Part shown: positions 25,060 through 39,687 of the stretch, piece after piece
How the letters are laid out: each line of letters opens with the position of its first letter
Numbering within the stretch: the first letter of the stretch is position 1
Position numbers and translations under genes: made by a program
Origin: Octopus bimaculoides
Lineage: Eukaryota
Length of the DNA stretch: 64,000 nt
Direction: 5' to 3'
Assembly (NCBI RefSeq): GCF_001194135.2
Contig: NC_068983.1
Location: 136,489,109 to 136,553,108 of the forward strand
Notes under the pieces: model-generated
Told to the model about the DNA's origin: nothing
Databases searched by the model: none
Seen by the model: only the letters and a program-made list of their open reading frames with translations

Positions 25060-25445
25060 GATGAGAGGGAGGAGGAGCTACAAACTTGTGACATAGGGCA
25101 ACCAGAAATTCCTGCGGGACATCTTGCTGAGTGACACAGACCAAATCTGTTGCTGGTGCAAAGTCCCTTCCAGACCTAGAAGCAGAAAAGAAGTTTGCCT
25201 ATGTTCAGTGTTGTGAGGACCAATGAACTGAAGTATTTCAGATTGTAAGACAGTATGTGAGAGAAAATTGTGATATCTTAGGAGAGAAATGTGTCCACAT
25301 GGATGGTGGTGCACTTACTTTTAATGAGTCTGCAAAGAAAGAGGCTTGGAGATGCCATTATGAAAGACTGCTAAATGTGGAGAATGAATGGGAGGAAGAG
25401 AGTCTGCCAAATGTTGACCCAATTGAGGGACCAGCTACACAAATC
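25060..25445 (+). mobile_element. RTE ORF fragment (endonuclease-RT linker) with internal deletion
   Basis: FLRDILLSDTDQICCWCKVPSRP..EAEKKFAYV..GEKCVHMDGGALTFNESAKKEAWRCHYERLLNVENEWEEESLPNVDPIEGPA; homologous to the 59040-59530 fragment. Confidence 0.85.
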
Positions 25446-26110
25446 TTTGTCTGTTGAGATGGTTTATACCTATATTTTCAATATCTTCATAATGCTGTAA
25501 CTAAATGAAAATAAAAGAACAAATTTACTGGGACCTTAAGTTAAAGAAAAGTTTGATGTGAAGCAAGATATATTAGATATTTTTAGATGTCACATGAGCA
25601 AGTCCAAAGATCTAACCTTCACCTCTTCAAAAGTACTAATATTGAATAATGCTGAATTATTCCTTGTGTGTGTATATATATACAGTGTGTATATACAAAT
25701 GTTTAATGTTATGAAGATGTAAAAAAAGCAATATACATATAAACCTAAAATTACTTATTTTCTCATGTCTTACACATGAATAACACAAAAATATAGTGTA
25801 ATTACTGATCTTCCATAATAATATCAGTAATTATTGCATAGTCTTGCTTCAGCAAAATATTAAAAGGCAGAGAAATCTATTGCTGGAAATGTAATAGATA
25901 ATTACAAAGTAAATAATTGTATTTTAATTTGTAATGCAACATTGTTTCTCAGCTTTTAATTATTACTAATGCTGGGTGAATTTCCTTCAGTCTGTGTACG
26001 TGCATCTATATTTGCATACATGTGTGTGTGTGTGTGTATGCATATGTAACATTATTATATATTATTTTGAAGACTAACGTTCAAGTACTATGGAGCATAC
26101 TAAACACACA

Positions 26111-26435
26111 TAGATACAGTTATGGCAGCATGATTAAGAAGTTCACAACATATGGTTTCAGATTCAGTGTTTTCTATTATAGCCTCATGTTGACCAGTAC
26201 CTTGTGAGTGAAATTTAGTTGATAGAAACTGTAATAAACCACCATGTATACATGTATTTACTGTGTCTACATTTATGTACCCTAAATTAGTGGTTCAGCA
26301 AACAGAGATCAGTAAACAAAGTTTCAGACATAAAAATGAAAAAGCACTAGGATCAATATAATTGATAAAACCAGTGAAGCTGACACCCCAGCTTGGTCAC
26401 AGATTAGTGACTGAAATCATTAAAAGAATAAAAGA
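26111..26435 (+). mobile_element. Degenerate CORE-like SINE with non-RTE tail
   Basis: Head TAGATACAGTTATGGCAGCATGATTAAGAAGTT, GTGAGTGAAATTTAGTTGATAGAAACTG, tail CCCCAGCTTGGTCACAG..TGACTGAAA..AAAAGAATAAAAGA. Confidence 0.6.
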
Positions 26436-28959
26436 CAAGTAAAATAATATGTGAGTATGAGTGTGGGTACATACATGTGTATGTTGATCTTTGTTGCTAT
26501 TAATAAAACAAGGCATGCCAAACATCATTTAGCAGACTTGAACTTTGGTGTACAAAATAAATATCACATTAAAATGACTATATAATTAGTGCACAAAATG
26601 TGAAATATATATGATGCAAAATATATATTAGTAGAACACTTAGAATTACATGGTTCTTGCACAGACCACACAAACCACTTGCATATAGTTGGTACTGAAA
26701 CTAAATGTTCTGATCACAAAGTCATGGAAAATTTTACATTATAAATACCATATGTGAAAATGACAGTAAACTTTATAAATTGTATGAAATTGTGAAACAG
26801 AAACTAAGAGTATGACTAGCATCCCTTGAATATACACCACTGATGTGTAAATACATAAAACCAAGGTTCTTAAGATTTAGAAAGGGTTTTAATGTAGGTT
26901 TGAAAGTTGTGGTGCAGTGCATGAAAGATGCTGTAGATATATAAATGTGTTTCCTAATCACCTACGGTACTTAGCAATAATTGCATGGTATTATACTAAT
27001 GAGAACAAGTAAGCTGAATTTGGTGTCTATTGCTGGTAACATTTCCAGATGATTTAGTATCTAGAATATCATGTAGAATTAAGTATTAAGAATTTAGTGT
27101 ACTTCAAAACACATGTGGATTTGAACAAAAAGCCTGTAACTTTGTAAAGTAAAGTAAAAATCAAAATGCAATGAAATATATAAAGTAAGATAGATTAAAT
27201 GCCTGAAGGAAGTGAGGAAAGGGGATTTTTAACATTTTGAACAGTGTTCTTCTACAATGAATTAGTAAGTCCATTACCACATCCACTTGAACAATTGTGT
27301 TTCTAAGGAGATGTGTAGCGAGAAGAGCAGAGAATGGGTTTAATCTTTTTGTTATATAGAAATACACTGTTCTTATTTCAGTTAATTAAAAAAAATAATG
27401 AAGAATTTAGTAAAATAATGCTGTCATTGTTTAAACTGATGTTTGGTACATAAATTAACATGGAATTTTGATGGAAGGTTTTAATTTTAATTATTTTAAA
27501 GCAGAAAGATTTTATTGTAGGACCAGAGTTGTCTCAGGCAGTTTGGTATTAAAAGGATTAAGTTATTATGGTAGAGATCTGGCCTTTTTAGAGAAACATT
27601 ATATGCAAGAATGAAACAATATATGTATGGAGTGTTGATGTGTGAAAGCATATAAATCAAACTGGCTTAAAAAGTCAGTGGAGGAAATGATGTGGAAGAG
27701 TAAATAGCTATTCCTAATTTTTATATTTTGATGGTCAATGTTCTGTTGCTATTCTCATCAGAAGTTTAATAATAATTATTAGTTTATTAATAATCATTCT
27801 CTGTCATGTTCCTACTAATTAAATATACAAGTTCACTTCACTCATCTTAACTAACCATCAAAAGAAATTGTGAATTCTAGATGTTGACTTTGTGTATATC
27901 TAGCTTAACCAACAGTATTTCCTTCACTGAGCAAATGTATATGAAATTAGTTTCATTTTAGGATTGGGAATTACATACTTTTGAATCAAAATTTATTTAT
28001 ACATCTATAGTATTTATTTGTTTGTGTATACATTTGTTGTTTATTGATATTATCTAAAATTTCATGTTTTCTCACTCTGAGTAATGATTTCACTAGTGGA
28101 AGCAAAATTTGTAACATTGCACTAATGGTGTATTTGGAAATATGTCTTGAAAAATTTCCTAAGACGTTTGCATATTCTCAGGCCATCCAATATTGTCTGA
28201 CACTGATTATACATATATAAAGTCTTTGTTTTTTCCTTTTTAACAACTCATGTACTAGAATATCCAGTGTATGTTTAACACACTAAATGGCCAGAGCAGA
28301 CAAGAGGTTTGCTTCTAATAATCTACCCCTCCTTTACTAGAGGAGAGATAGAAAAAGAGTTAGATAAAACATAATTGCCAATTATTTTGGCTTTTGAAAT
28401 TTCAGTCTCTTGGCAAATGTTTGATCCTACTGGGATTGCTTATCTTTCTACTAAACCATTCATTTTCACTGGCTATCAAGCATAGTTTCTTTTAGATCAA
28501 AGTGGTACTCTCCCTTTTCCTCTTACTCCCAACAGGAAGAGGAAGAAGTATAGAATATGAAATAATTATAAAACCATAGTAATAATGATGATAAAGAGTA
28601 GGAGGAAATATTTGTGTATAGAATATTTCGTTATCATTATCATCATCATTTATTTTTGTCTCTGTTCGCCATGGTTTTTGTTTACTTTGTTCCTAGTAAC
28701 TCTCAGGCAAACAAAAAATGCACATTTATATACCAAATTAGTTCTAAGTGTCAATTACCTCACTTTGTCCATACTAAATTTGTGAACAGCTAATAAATTT
28801 CATAAAATAGAAATTCATGCTTTAAATGAAACCAAATAGGTAGTTTATCTTTGGTGCAGGTATCACTCAAACATTTCAATGTGTATGTTCAGACTAGACT
28901 ACAAAACAGATATACTGTACCCTCACTACCAAACAAAACCACAATAAAAGCAGTGAGCC

Positions 28960-29400
28960 AATCCTGGAGTCTCTATGTAGTTGATCAACCTCTTAGAAAT
29001 ATCACTTAAATTTCTCTCAGATAACATCCTGCCATCTTAAAAAGGAAAGGACATAATATACTATTCCTGAAAAAAGAGAAGCAATAATTATAGCTGGAAT
29101 GTCTTTAATGAGAGGTTTGCTCAATCTGAATAGACCTGTTGCTAAACAACAACAACAACATTAGAAATAACATAACTGAATTGATGTGCTATTCAACCAT
29201 CAACTTAAATGTCTTAAATTCACAGCAGACACAGTTAGCCTCAGATCAACCTTAATTGATCGAATCGTCTGTGACAATATCATCTTTTTATTCAGGCTTA
29301 CAGGATTATATTATCCAATTTGTCCCTTTGAACGATAATAGGATATGATTTGGTTGTTTTTTCTTCCAGTTTGAGCAGTCGCATATATTTTCCTACTTTG
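28960..29400. mobile_element. Two oppositely oriented copies of the (AAC)n-tailed repeat (28960-29160 +, 29215-29400 -)
   Basis: The + copy ends in GCTAAACAACAACAACAAC; the second copy is a decayed reverse complement. Confidence 0.5.
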
Positions 29401-30659
29401 CTTCAATTGCTGTTAAGTTGTGTTTTGGGCCACTACACTAAATTCAACATACCTTAATTCACCTGGTCAGGGGAATAGATAGCAGATTCTCTGGCAATGT
29501 TCCTATGCTGTCCAAAATAGAAAATCCTCTAAGCCCCTAATGCCATTGAGTTTAATACCATTGCATGGTCTGTTGCACAAGTTTCAACCAGATCAGACCA
29601 CTTGGTCTGTTGAAACTCAAGAGGTCTCCCTCCTTTTTATTCCCTCCTCATTCATTATTTTTTTTTCTGCAGACTTGCAGGTGTTCAGGCTGGACACTGC
29701 TCTATTCCCCTCATTTTTTTTAAAATGAAAAAAAAAAAAAGTGATAAGTAGCAAAGCAATGTACTGACCATAAAAAATTCCTTGGCACTTAGGATAGACT
29801 TATATTATTTTTATACTTTATCCCACACTACAGATTATTGCTTAATGGCACCATGTATAGTGGTCAGTCCTCAAATTGTAGTGTTTCATTAAATATATTC
29901 ATACGTACATTCATAGAATAAATAAATTATAATTGATAAGTTTTCTTTAGTCATTTTATCTTTTCTTATTCTTTTGGTTCCTTTTCAACATTAGCACTTT
30001 GTGTTCTGTATCAATGGTTGCAACAATAGTATCAACAGTGGTGGGGGTAAGCAAGAAAATTGTGTTGTCTACATTGCTTATACTACTGTTAATATACTTT
30101 AGAAAATTTGCTCACGATTTACTAAGCATCAATATTCCATTACTAGGTCTGAAAAAGTGATATGTGCTATTGTCAGTCAATATGTAGTACATAATAAATA
30201 TATTGCGCTTTGGGGATTTGATTACTATTTTACTGTCTGATGTACTTTATAGTGTCACAATTTCCCACCTGAACACATCCTGCTAAAAGAGTCCTGCCTA
30301 GCCCATCTGTACCTCTGCATTAGCATTTTAAACATATTTTTGTATAGTAACTATTTTTCTATTTTCCAATTCCACTTTACACTTTATTTTCTCCTTTTAC
30401 TTAGTAATAATTCATTCATTATTCCTACTTAAGAAGAAAAAAAGAACAAAAAAGATACTTGAAATATTAATAGAACACTTATTTCTGAGGTTTCTCTCTG
30501 GATGAACCTTTTTAATACCAATTACATATTAATGTATACATGCATATAATTTGTTTTGTGTATATAACATCTTGTAGGGATCAATATTTTTGTTGTATAA
30601 ATAAACCCTTGTATGAAGATGTTTTGATAATTGATTGTTTTTTACAAGTGACTTAGAGG

Positions 30660-30990
30660 GAGACGAACAGTGTCCATGATCCCTGCAATTTATTCTCCCA
30701 TATTGGTGAGATCAATGTAGACATTTAGATTCATCATCAGTGATGCAACATCTGATGGAAAAATGTGAGTAGATGTGGGATTCAGAAGGTATGCTGTTCT
30801 GAAAAGGAAGGAGTGTTTAGTGCTGCATATGGGAGATGTGACACAGCAGAATATTGAAAGAAAGAGAGAGCTATTTGATTGGACAGAGTATAAAACTATT
30901 AGCTTCAGAGGAGCAAAGATTATAACAGTGGTAGAAGAACTAGAGAGAAGAAACAGCATATCTGTGAGCTAGTGAGTGCATAATGTGCAT
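30660..30990 (+). mobile_element. Decayed RTE-like APE N-terminal fragment
   Basis: IGEINVDI*IHHQ*CNI*WK resembles the IGTLNV..VDICCIQEVRW motifs; heavily decayed. Confidence 0.35.
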
Positions 30991-31999
30991 ATATGTTTCA
31001 TCATTGTCATCAGCAGCATCATTTCAATGACCTTTTTGTTTTTCCTATGCTAGAATGAGATGGACAAGTTTGCAATACACTATGAATTTGGATTTTGCAT
31101 TATTAAATCTCTAAAATCCAATGTTTTCATGTCTGTCCCTATGTTGAATAATTTATATTTTCTTATGATGCAATTAACTGCTTTATATTGGAAAGTAATC
31201 TCTTAACAAGTCAATTCTATGATCTAGTTTTATTTCTTATTGTAGCCATTTTATTGATTCCTTTGGACCTTGATGATTTCCATAAAACATCACACAAATG
31301 CATCCTTCTTCTAATATAGATATGAGGCCTTGTGCCTATGTAATAAATATTGTTTACACAAGTACAATGACTGAAGTTAAGGGGCTGGGATTACTAACAG
31401 CATGGGCTCATGAATTTAAACATTATTTTCTGTCCACAAAAATAATATATCACTCTTCTTGCCTTCATATGAGGGGATGAAAAGTCATTATTAGAAAATA
31501 TGTTGCTGTCAAAATTACTCTAACAACAATATCTAAATGTTTCAAATTATCACAATACACTAACCTAGTAAAATAAATGGGTGTAAAACAATTAAAATAT
31601 GTATTCAAAATCAACATATACAATGAAAATAGTAGCTAGCTATACCAGATGCCTTAAAGCATCTGGTTTAGTGCTTCCTGTTTATCTAAAAGAAAACATT
31701 TACTCTTACGATATCAATAGGTCATTATGTAACCACCCAAGGTTTTATCTTCATGTTGTGTATCAAGAATAAGACAGTTTAGTAGTTTCTATCCTCCACC
31801 AATCTATTGAATATAGCCAGAAATAGACTATGTAAAGTAAATCAGCTCAACTGAAATTAAGCCAGTAATGTAGAAAATTTTCATCACTTTATGTTTCTTG
31901 CTCTCTAAAAATATGAAAATTTCCATATCTTCACAAACCATATTTGCTATTCCTTCATAGAAATATAAATTAGCTTAAAATTGTCAATGCATCATCACG

Positions 32000-32200
32000 A
32001 TAATCATCATTTCATGTCTTCTTTCTATGTTGGCATGGATTCTATAGTTCAACAAGATCCACTGAGTTAGAGGGCGTCTTAATCCAGTGTCTCAGTTTTG
32101 TCATGGTTTCTGTAACTGGATGCACTTCTTAACACCAACCACTATATAGAACACACTGGGTGCTTTTCTCAAGGCTCCACTAATGAGGTTGCTGGAGCAC
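32000..32200 (-). mobile_element. Degenerate RTE tail
   Basis: CATCATTTCATGTCTTC..CTATGTTGGCATGG..CTGGATGCACTTCTTAACACCAACCAC. Confidence 0.65.
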
Positions 32201-32279
32201 TACCTCAAAGTCTTTTTGTTGTCATATTTACTCCAGCACTTTATGTTTGGTACATGTTCTATTAGTCCCTTTATGGAGA

Positions 32280-32510
32280 CATAAACAAACTTACACTAAT
32301 GTCAAGTAGTGAGATACAAACACAAAGATGCTCAAATGCACACACACAAACACACACATATATATATATGATAGATTTCTGCATAGTTTCTTCCTACCAA
32401 ATTAATTTACAATGCATTATGTGGCAAGGGCTAGAGTAAAAGACACCCAAGGTACTATGCAGTGAGACTGAACTTCAAACCATGCTGTTGTAATGTAAAT
32501 TTCTCTTAAC
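32280..32510 (-). mobile_element. Degenerate CORE-like SINE
   Basis: AGACACCCAAGGTACTATGCAGTGAGACTGAACTTCAAACCATG is the reverse complement of the head/core. Confidence 0.55.
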
Positions 32511-33199
32511 TGCACAATATAAATATATATAAAGTTAAATAAGATTTGGGTAAAACCCTTGTAGTATGCTATGCAATGCTTGTCCACAGTCATACAGGGG
32601 AAATGCTCTTGCTACTAGATATATATCAAGATTCCATAGTATCAGTAGAGTTTATATAAATAGATAAATAATAGATAATGGATTAAATGACATTCTTTAT
32701 TTAAGAATTACTTCAATTGTTTCAACACACTTGTAGTACATTGGTGAGATGATATAATTAGTATATTGTGTAATCACTATCATCTTTCTAGCATCTTTGA
32801 TGGATGATAATGATTACACAATATGCTAATTATACTGTCTCACCAATGTACTGTGACTGTAAAAATGTGATAATAAGGGTAATAGAGAATCTATGAAATA
32901 AAGAAATGATAGATGCAGAGAACCATTTCATAGTAGCAGAAGTGACATAACAACAAATATGTAACAGTTGATAAGGTTAAGACATGATGATAGTACACTG
33001 GTAAGCCAAATATTGTACTAATGCAAATAAGAAATATAGAATTAAAATAACTTTTTGAATATGCATTTTGAACTTCCATCTGTATGTTTGGAATTCAAAT
33101 CCACTGCAGTTATTTTGCTTTGTATTTCAGCAGTATACTTAGTTCTACAAATTTCTGAGCCATAACTGTTGGGAATGGGTAGTAAGTTTAGGAATGTTA

Positions 33200-34300
33200 A
33201 TTTAAGCTAGATCAGCATTGTATCAAAAGAGATTTATTTCTTGCTGAACTTTTTCAGTACCAACTGTCATTTTTTCCTGTTTTAAAGAGATATAAATTAA
33301 CTCTATCCATTCCATCAAAATTGCATGTTGGTTTATGTTCCAAACACTAGATAATAATAATGATGTTATTTTACTAAATTCTTCATTACAAAGGCAGTGT
33401 ATTTCAGCAAAAGTATGGTAATAGAAGATTTGACACCATAATAGATTTAACTGATCATCAGCTCTTAAAATTTTTCCCAGGGTTTTATGAAGCAACTATA
33501 TTTTCTTGATATCCTATCATAGAGACATCCATATTTATCTCTATGGGAGTTTTCAGATAGTTTGCTCTTCAGTGGTATTCTTGTTTTCCATAGAATTCTG
33601 TCATGCAAGTTTGGAAAGCTCACATCAATCAATCTCTTGCAATCAACATCGATAGATTTTATACTGTTTGCTTCCTATTTTGGTACATTTTTTATTCATT
33701 AACACTTTCATTAAAATTTCTTCATGGTTAATGATACAGTTTACTATATATGGTCTAAAAAAATTTTTATTTGAACTATTTTCCAGTAGAATAAAAGGAA
33801 CTTATGAAATGCAGTCTTGGAATGGTTTGATTAGTGCAACTTTGCTTTAGTTTGAAGTTTCATTTCTGTTGTTCAGCCTTTTATGCTGGCTAAAGGTTAG
33901 CTAATGAAATAATAATTTATCAGCTTCTAGCAGTTCATTCCCATTTTTGCTCTGGAAAATATTGTCCTGAGATTTAGAAGTCAAACCATATGTTAAATCA
34001 CTTGAAAGATAGTAGGGAATTTGTTGAGTGACTTGGCTGCTGTATGAAGTAATTTGTGCAACTGCATAAGAGAAGCTCCTTCTGGTCCAGACTCAAAGTT
34101 GTGTGAAAGTTATTAGTTGATACTTGTTGCATGTATTAAGATAGTTTCCATAGTTTTCTTTCTTTTCTTTTAAGCTCATCTTTCTTATTTTCTTCAATTA
34201 GTTTTTTTTTTGAGCCCCATCTTCCTCAGTCTCTTCCTTCAGTCTTCTTTCTTCCTCTTCTTTTCCTTCTTTTTGGAGTTTCAAAATAGTCTTCTTTTAA
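33200..34300 (-). mobile_element. Highly decayed LINE RT remnant
   Basis: LRADDQLNLL (FADD-like) motif preceded by PIEIN..VS; otherwise riddled with stops. Confidence 0.35.
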
Positions 34301-35099
34301 TCATGGTCCAAACCATTTGGCTATTTTAGCATTAAAAACATCAATCATTAAATGTTCTTAAATTTTGAAATAATTTATACAGGAAAATTGAAGAATGCTA
34401 TAGAAAAATTGCAACTCTAAACTTAGCTGGACATATATATAATAATTATTTTATTCCAAAATTATGTTTGTTGCTATGCAATAAATAAATAAATAATTAA
34501 AAAATGAGGATGAGGAAGTCTGGCAGACAATTTTTTATTTTATGATATTGTGTTTTTTTTTTCTTTCTTGTCTAGTGCTACTAGTTTAAAGGTAGCAATT
34601 TTAGTTTTGACGTAACGAAGTTGGTAACCCATCTTGAAAGTTGTATGGAGAAATAGATATGACTGTTTAAGTCATTTAAGGAATTTGGTGGAAGGCAATA
34701 ATGAGATGACTAGCTGAGAACATATCAGTTTGCTATGCAAAAAGAAATATGTGGTTCTTCTGATGAGTGGGCTGTGTTAGGTATACCAAGTTTATTCTGG
34801 AGAAGGGTTAATAAAACACTTACCAATTATTCACAAGTTTAGAAGTGGCATCCATTACTAGCATTAAACAGATGTCAAATTAAATGTCAAAAAAGAAGAA
34901 AAAAAAGATAAGATGTTAGATTTTTTATGGATTTTTAACTGAGCAAATTCATACATAAAAGCTAGTCATAAGTGAGCAAACTAGAATCTGAAACCATCTC
35001 TACTCTTAAAACTTGGTGCTAATATGTTACAGAAACTTACCCAACATTAATAGTTAAATGGGCTCTTTTGTATTTTTTATCAACATTTTGAAATTGGTA

Positions 35100-35520
35100 A
35101 TCATCATCATCATTTAAAGTTCATGTTCTATGGATTGAGGATGGGGGGGTAAAGGATGAGGATTACCAATGGTACATGTGGGTGAAGAGTAGCAGAATAA
35201 TAATGATTAATATTTAGGATGTAAATAAAGAAGGGATGAGAGAGATTCAGGTGTGATGAGTGGTTGGGTAGGTTGTGAAAGTGTGTGTGGAAGAGGCATA
35301 GGGCATATGGAGAGTGAGAGATATATGGTATGGAGTTGAGATGATTTGGTGGCTCAGTGATGGAAGATCAGTGTAAAACGTGGGTGGAGGATACTATTAA
35401 AGATGAGAGATGCTATCAAGTGAAATGGTTCCAGGTAGTGAGAAAGATAAGTGGTTTCAAGAGAAAAAGCTGCACTTACAGAGACGAAAGATGGTGAGGG
35501 TGTTTTGAAGAAGGAAATTG
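35100..35520 (-). mobile_element. RTE-tailed repeat with GA-rich tract
   Basis: CATCATCATTTAAAGTTCATGTTCTATGG tail followed by a purine-rich tract, as at 42165-42960. Confidence 0.5.
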
Positions 35521-35569
35521 GATAAAGTATCCAGCTGTACATATCTACATACATACATACAGTGCTGTA

Positions 35570-37150
35570 CTTCGAAAAATTACTTTCCATGACTTGAACG
35601 GATCTTCTCAAGAACTGCTTATCACCAGTCATCCTGGCCCCATATGATCTTCTCCAAGGGGATCAAGGTCCTGACATCAGGCTTCACTACTTCATAACAT
35701 GCTTTTCTGGCTCTCCCCACTTCTACAAGCTCCACCTACCTTAACTGATCAGCACTTCTGTATACAGCTGTCCTCATCCATATGCACTCATGTTCTTACC
35801 AGTGCAGGCTTCTTTCATGTATATTACTTCTGAATCTTCTTATGTTCAGTTTTTCTCCCTGTGCATTTGTAATTTATTGTTCATACACATTTACATTGCA
35901 TGTCCAATGAAGCATGCTTACTTCATTTCTTTTCTGTCTTTTCAAGTCCTTGCAGTTCTACAATAAGCATCATACAATCTGCCCTTCATTCTGAGAGAAA
36001 GAAATTTGTTGTTTGCAGCAGTAGAAACTTTGTGAACTTTTTCTGCATCTCATCTAGATCTACTCTGTCACAAACCAATCAATGTATGACTTTCTCTCTG
36101 TGATCTTCATAAGCAAATCAGTGGCTTGATTCTTTTATAGTAGCTTCTCTCTAAGATACCTCCTTTATCTTTGTAGCAGTTCATGATGATATTGCTATGC
36201 CAGTATGTCACTTTCTTGTATAACTTGGTTAGCTACTCAGGTGGTAATCATGTATCCTACTTCACAAATATTTTGAGCATCTCTACAACTGTCTTTGGTG
36301 GACCTGCATTTTTCTCTCTCTTTCTGTCCTTAATCACTTTATCTACTAAGCTACAGTCAGCTTGAGTTGCTGATCCCTCAGTAGGGTTAACATGAGGTAG
36401 CTTCTCTCTATCCAGTGTATTCTCCACATTCAACATATCAGCTGTGCCATTCCACCACCATGTTACCTTTGGTTTGGCTGGGACTTTGCCCTAGCTCTAA
36501 GTAGATTGTCTTGTAGAAATTCCCAGTTGTCTTCTATGCTACACATATGTGTCAATTAGTATTTCTCTAAACCTATTCCCAACTGTGAGATCGTTTAGTT
36601 TCTATATCTTCCTTTTCCATACTGTTCTGTTCCTGCATCTGCCTAGCTCTGGCCCTAAAGCCTCTGGCCACTAATCTGTGTTGTGCAGTGGATTCTTTTA
36701 GTATTTACAACAGCCCTTCTTTCCCATTTCTTGGTGAGAATATAATCTATCTGACTAATGTGTTAACTAGATTGGTAGGTGATGAGGTGATTGGCTAGTT
36801 TCTTTAAATGTGTGTGTTGGAAATTGTTAGATCAGCCACACTACAGAACTCCAAGAGCCTTACAACCTCCTCATTTCTTGAACAATATCCATAGCGTCTG
36901 TGTGTCATTGATACCATCATCAAGTTAGACAACATGTCTGTTGAAATCACTGATGTTGCTGCCAATCATTGTTGAGATAATCCACAGAAGAGTCTCATAG
37001 AAGTAATGTTTCTGTTCTTCTGGCAGTTCTACCTGTTGGGCATATGCTGAGATAAATGTTACTGTTGAGTAGGATATAATTAGTCTCATCCTAATTATCC
37101 TATCACACACCCAGACTTTTTCGATTACTTTATCCATTTTTCAGTTAACA
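35570..37150 (-). mobile_element. Old, internally deleted RTE LINE (APE to C-terminus)
   Basis: ORF 36925-37137 DRIIRMRLII..VTFISAYAQQVELPEEQKHYFYE..DFNRHV is an APE motif (SAYAPQ..GDFNGHVG). C-terminal R.RKACYEVVKPDVRTL-like sequence near 35650-35720. Confidence 0.75.
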
Positions 37151-37808
37151 GTATGCCCACCCCATCCAAATATTTTAAGGTAAATATTAAATAGTTTCTT
37201 TGATAGTTGATCAATGCACTGAAGGTCAACTGAGATAAGAGGATTTTTATTCCACCTATTGGTTGTCATTCATTTTTTCATTTTTATACATGCCTGTTAT
37301 ATCTACATTTCCATTCTTTTTTAAAATGTTGAATGTTTTTTAGGTTCATATTGGTCTATTTGTTGTTTACTTTATCATCAAAGTTTTTTAATGTGTTTGC
37401 ATGATAGTGTTGGTCAGAATAATATTTGATTTCAGGAAAGTAACATTAATAGCAGTAGTTGGCATAAAAATGTCAAAAAAAAACCCCAAAAAATTACTGA
37501 TCTTTCTAGTTATGTAAATAGGTATATGTGTCGGAATATGTGTATACGCATATAAAAATCCTTCAATCAGATAGAAACACAAGTCTTTCTACGTTAGAAA
37601 TAATGCTTCACAAGTTGTATCCTAGACCATGTGGAAAAATCTTACCCATACAAGTGACTAAGTATATATTGACAGAAATATAGTTAGTGTAGATAAACAC
37701 TGAAAAGATGTGGCACATAGTGCAATGAATTAATTTTAATCTCAGTTATTGTTTCACTAAACATACTCCTAAAGTACCTACTTTCATTTACCTCAGTCAC
37801 AAAATTCT

Positions 37809-37842
<34 letters not shown>

Positions 37843-38034
37843 GACTGAGATAGACAGATACAGACAAACAAATAAGTAAACATTTATGTAAACATTTGAT
37901 GGTAAAAAAGCAGTCAAAACACCCTCAACTCATACCACACCACCTTTAAAATAACACATTGTATAATGTAGTTTAAGATAAGCAACATTTGAAAAAGAGA
38001 TGTGATAGTTATAGCTGGAACATTTTTGATCATA

Positions 38035-38320
38035 AATCATCATCATCGTTTAACGTCTGTTTTCCTTGCTGGCATGGGTTGGACTGTTTGACTGAGATCT
38101 GGAGAGCCAGGAGGCTGCATCAGGCTCCAATCTGACCTGGCAATGTTTCTACAGCTGGATGCCCTTCTCAATGCCAACCACTCCGAAAGTGTAGTGGGTG
38201 CTTTTTACTTGCCACCGGCACAGGAGCTAGTCAGGTAGGCCTGACATCGATCACATTCAGATAGTGCCTTTTACATGCCACTGGCACAGGGGCCTGTCAG
38301 AGGGTACTGGCATCGGCCAT
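38035..38320 (-). mobile_element. RTE 3' UTR fragment
   Basis: CATCATCATCGTTTAACGTCTG...GGATGCCCTTCTCAATGCCAACCAC. Confidence 0.85.
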
Positions 38321-39687
38321 ATAAATAATACCATAACAAACTATGTGAAACTTTCTATGTAACTTAAGCTAATGAAATCACTGTTGTCTTTAAAAGGGGT
38401 ATTACACACATCTTGTTCTGCTTTTATTTCAGGACAGCATGCCAACAATAAATATGGGATTTCTATGATCAGAACTCTAGTTGATTTTTTTGATAGCACC
38501 CCTGAGAGCACCCCTGGTCCAGTGATATAAGTTTTCTCATTTTAAAGTATTCATATTGAAATTTAAATCTTTCATTCTAATTTTATATAAGAATCTTTCA
38601 TTAAGATATATTCCAAATCAACTTAAAGGAAGAAGTTACTTATTTTTGCTAAATCAGTCCAAATTCTCAACTATTTTCAAAGCAAATTAAAAAAACATTG
38701 AAAATGTAAGTACATTAGTAATGAAAAGAATTAAGCAATAGAATTCAACCAAAACTAACATGCCAGTGCTCTCATTACCATATGGTTGTCATGAATGTGT
38801 AGGAGATTCTGAAATCCCTGATTTGTTTGGCTCATCTTTTCTCGTATTCAAACTGCTCTCTTTACAAAATAATAAATAAATAGAATCAGCTAAAATAGGA
38901 CTTATAAATGATATCAGCTACAAAAATGACACCTCAATCTAAATATATTATTATATTACTATATTACTATACTTTTCAAATCCCTCCACCTTACTCTAAT
39001 CAGATATCACATGGATTGAGAGAAAAATGCTGAAACTTTTCCTTGGTTTTATGATTTAAATTAATATAACCTTCAGCAAGTACATTACTTTAGCCACAGA
39101 TAATCTTTATCTTACTAACAACCAACTATAGTCTATATCAATCCCATAAATTCTATTGCGTCATCTTCTTTTCAACTCTTCCGCCTTCTCTTTTCCCTTT
39201 GTCTTTTCCCTTTGTCTTCTTTCTTTGTTTTCCCTCTATCTCTTTCATGATCTCCTTCTCTTCTGTCTCTTTCATGTCCTTATTATCATCATTATTATTA
39301 TTTCTTCTTCTGTTAATCCCAAATTGAAGCACTTATGAAAGTTACACAATACTATTACTATATTTGCAGTGATAACATGGGACATAATCCAAACCAAAAT
39401 AGCTAGCTTAATCTAAAACTTGCTTTCTATGAACAACAGCAAACAGCTACCTTTTATCTTCTGCTGTACAATATTTCATTCTTTACATTTTTTTGTTTGT
39501 TTTCCTCCCTAAAAATCCCACATGACATCATTTGAATCTAATCAATGCTTTTACATCTCACAGACAAATTACAATATATGTAGGCTACCCAGTAAAAATT
39601 GAAAGCAATTGATATAATGATCAAGTGTTTAAAGTTCACTCAGTAGCATTGCATTTAATCCAATGTAGAATATACATTATTCTTGCT

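Noticed and set aside
29581-29616. GTTTCAAC...GTTGAAAC hairpin resembling a CRISPR repeat
   Set aside because: Single copy with no spacers; probably a chance or decayed palindrome.
38433-38530. Possible terminal exon after a strong TTTATTTCAG acceptor (QHANNKYGISMIRTLVDFF...)
   Set aside because: No donor, no recognisable protein, and no supporting exons.
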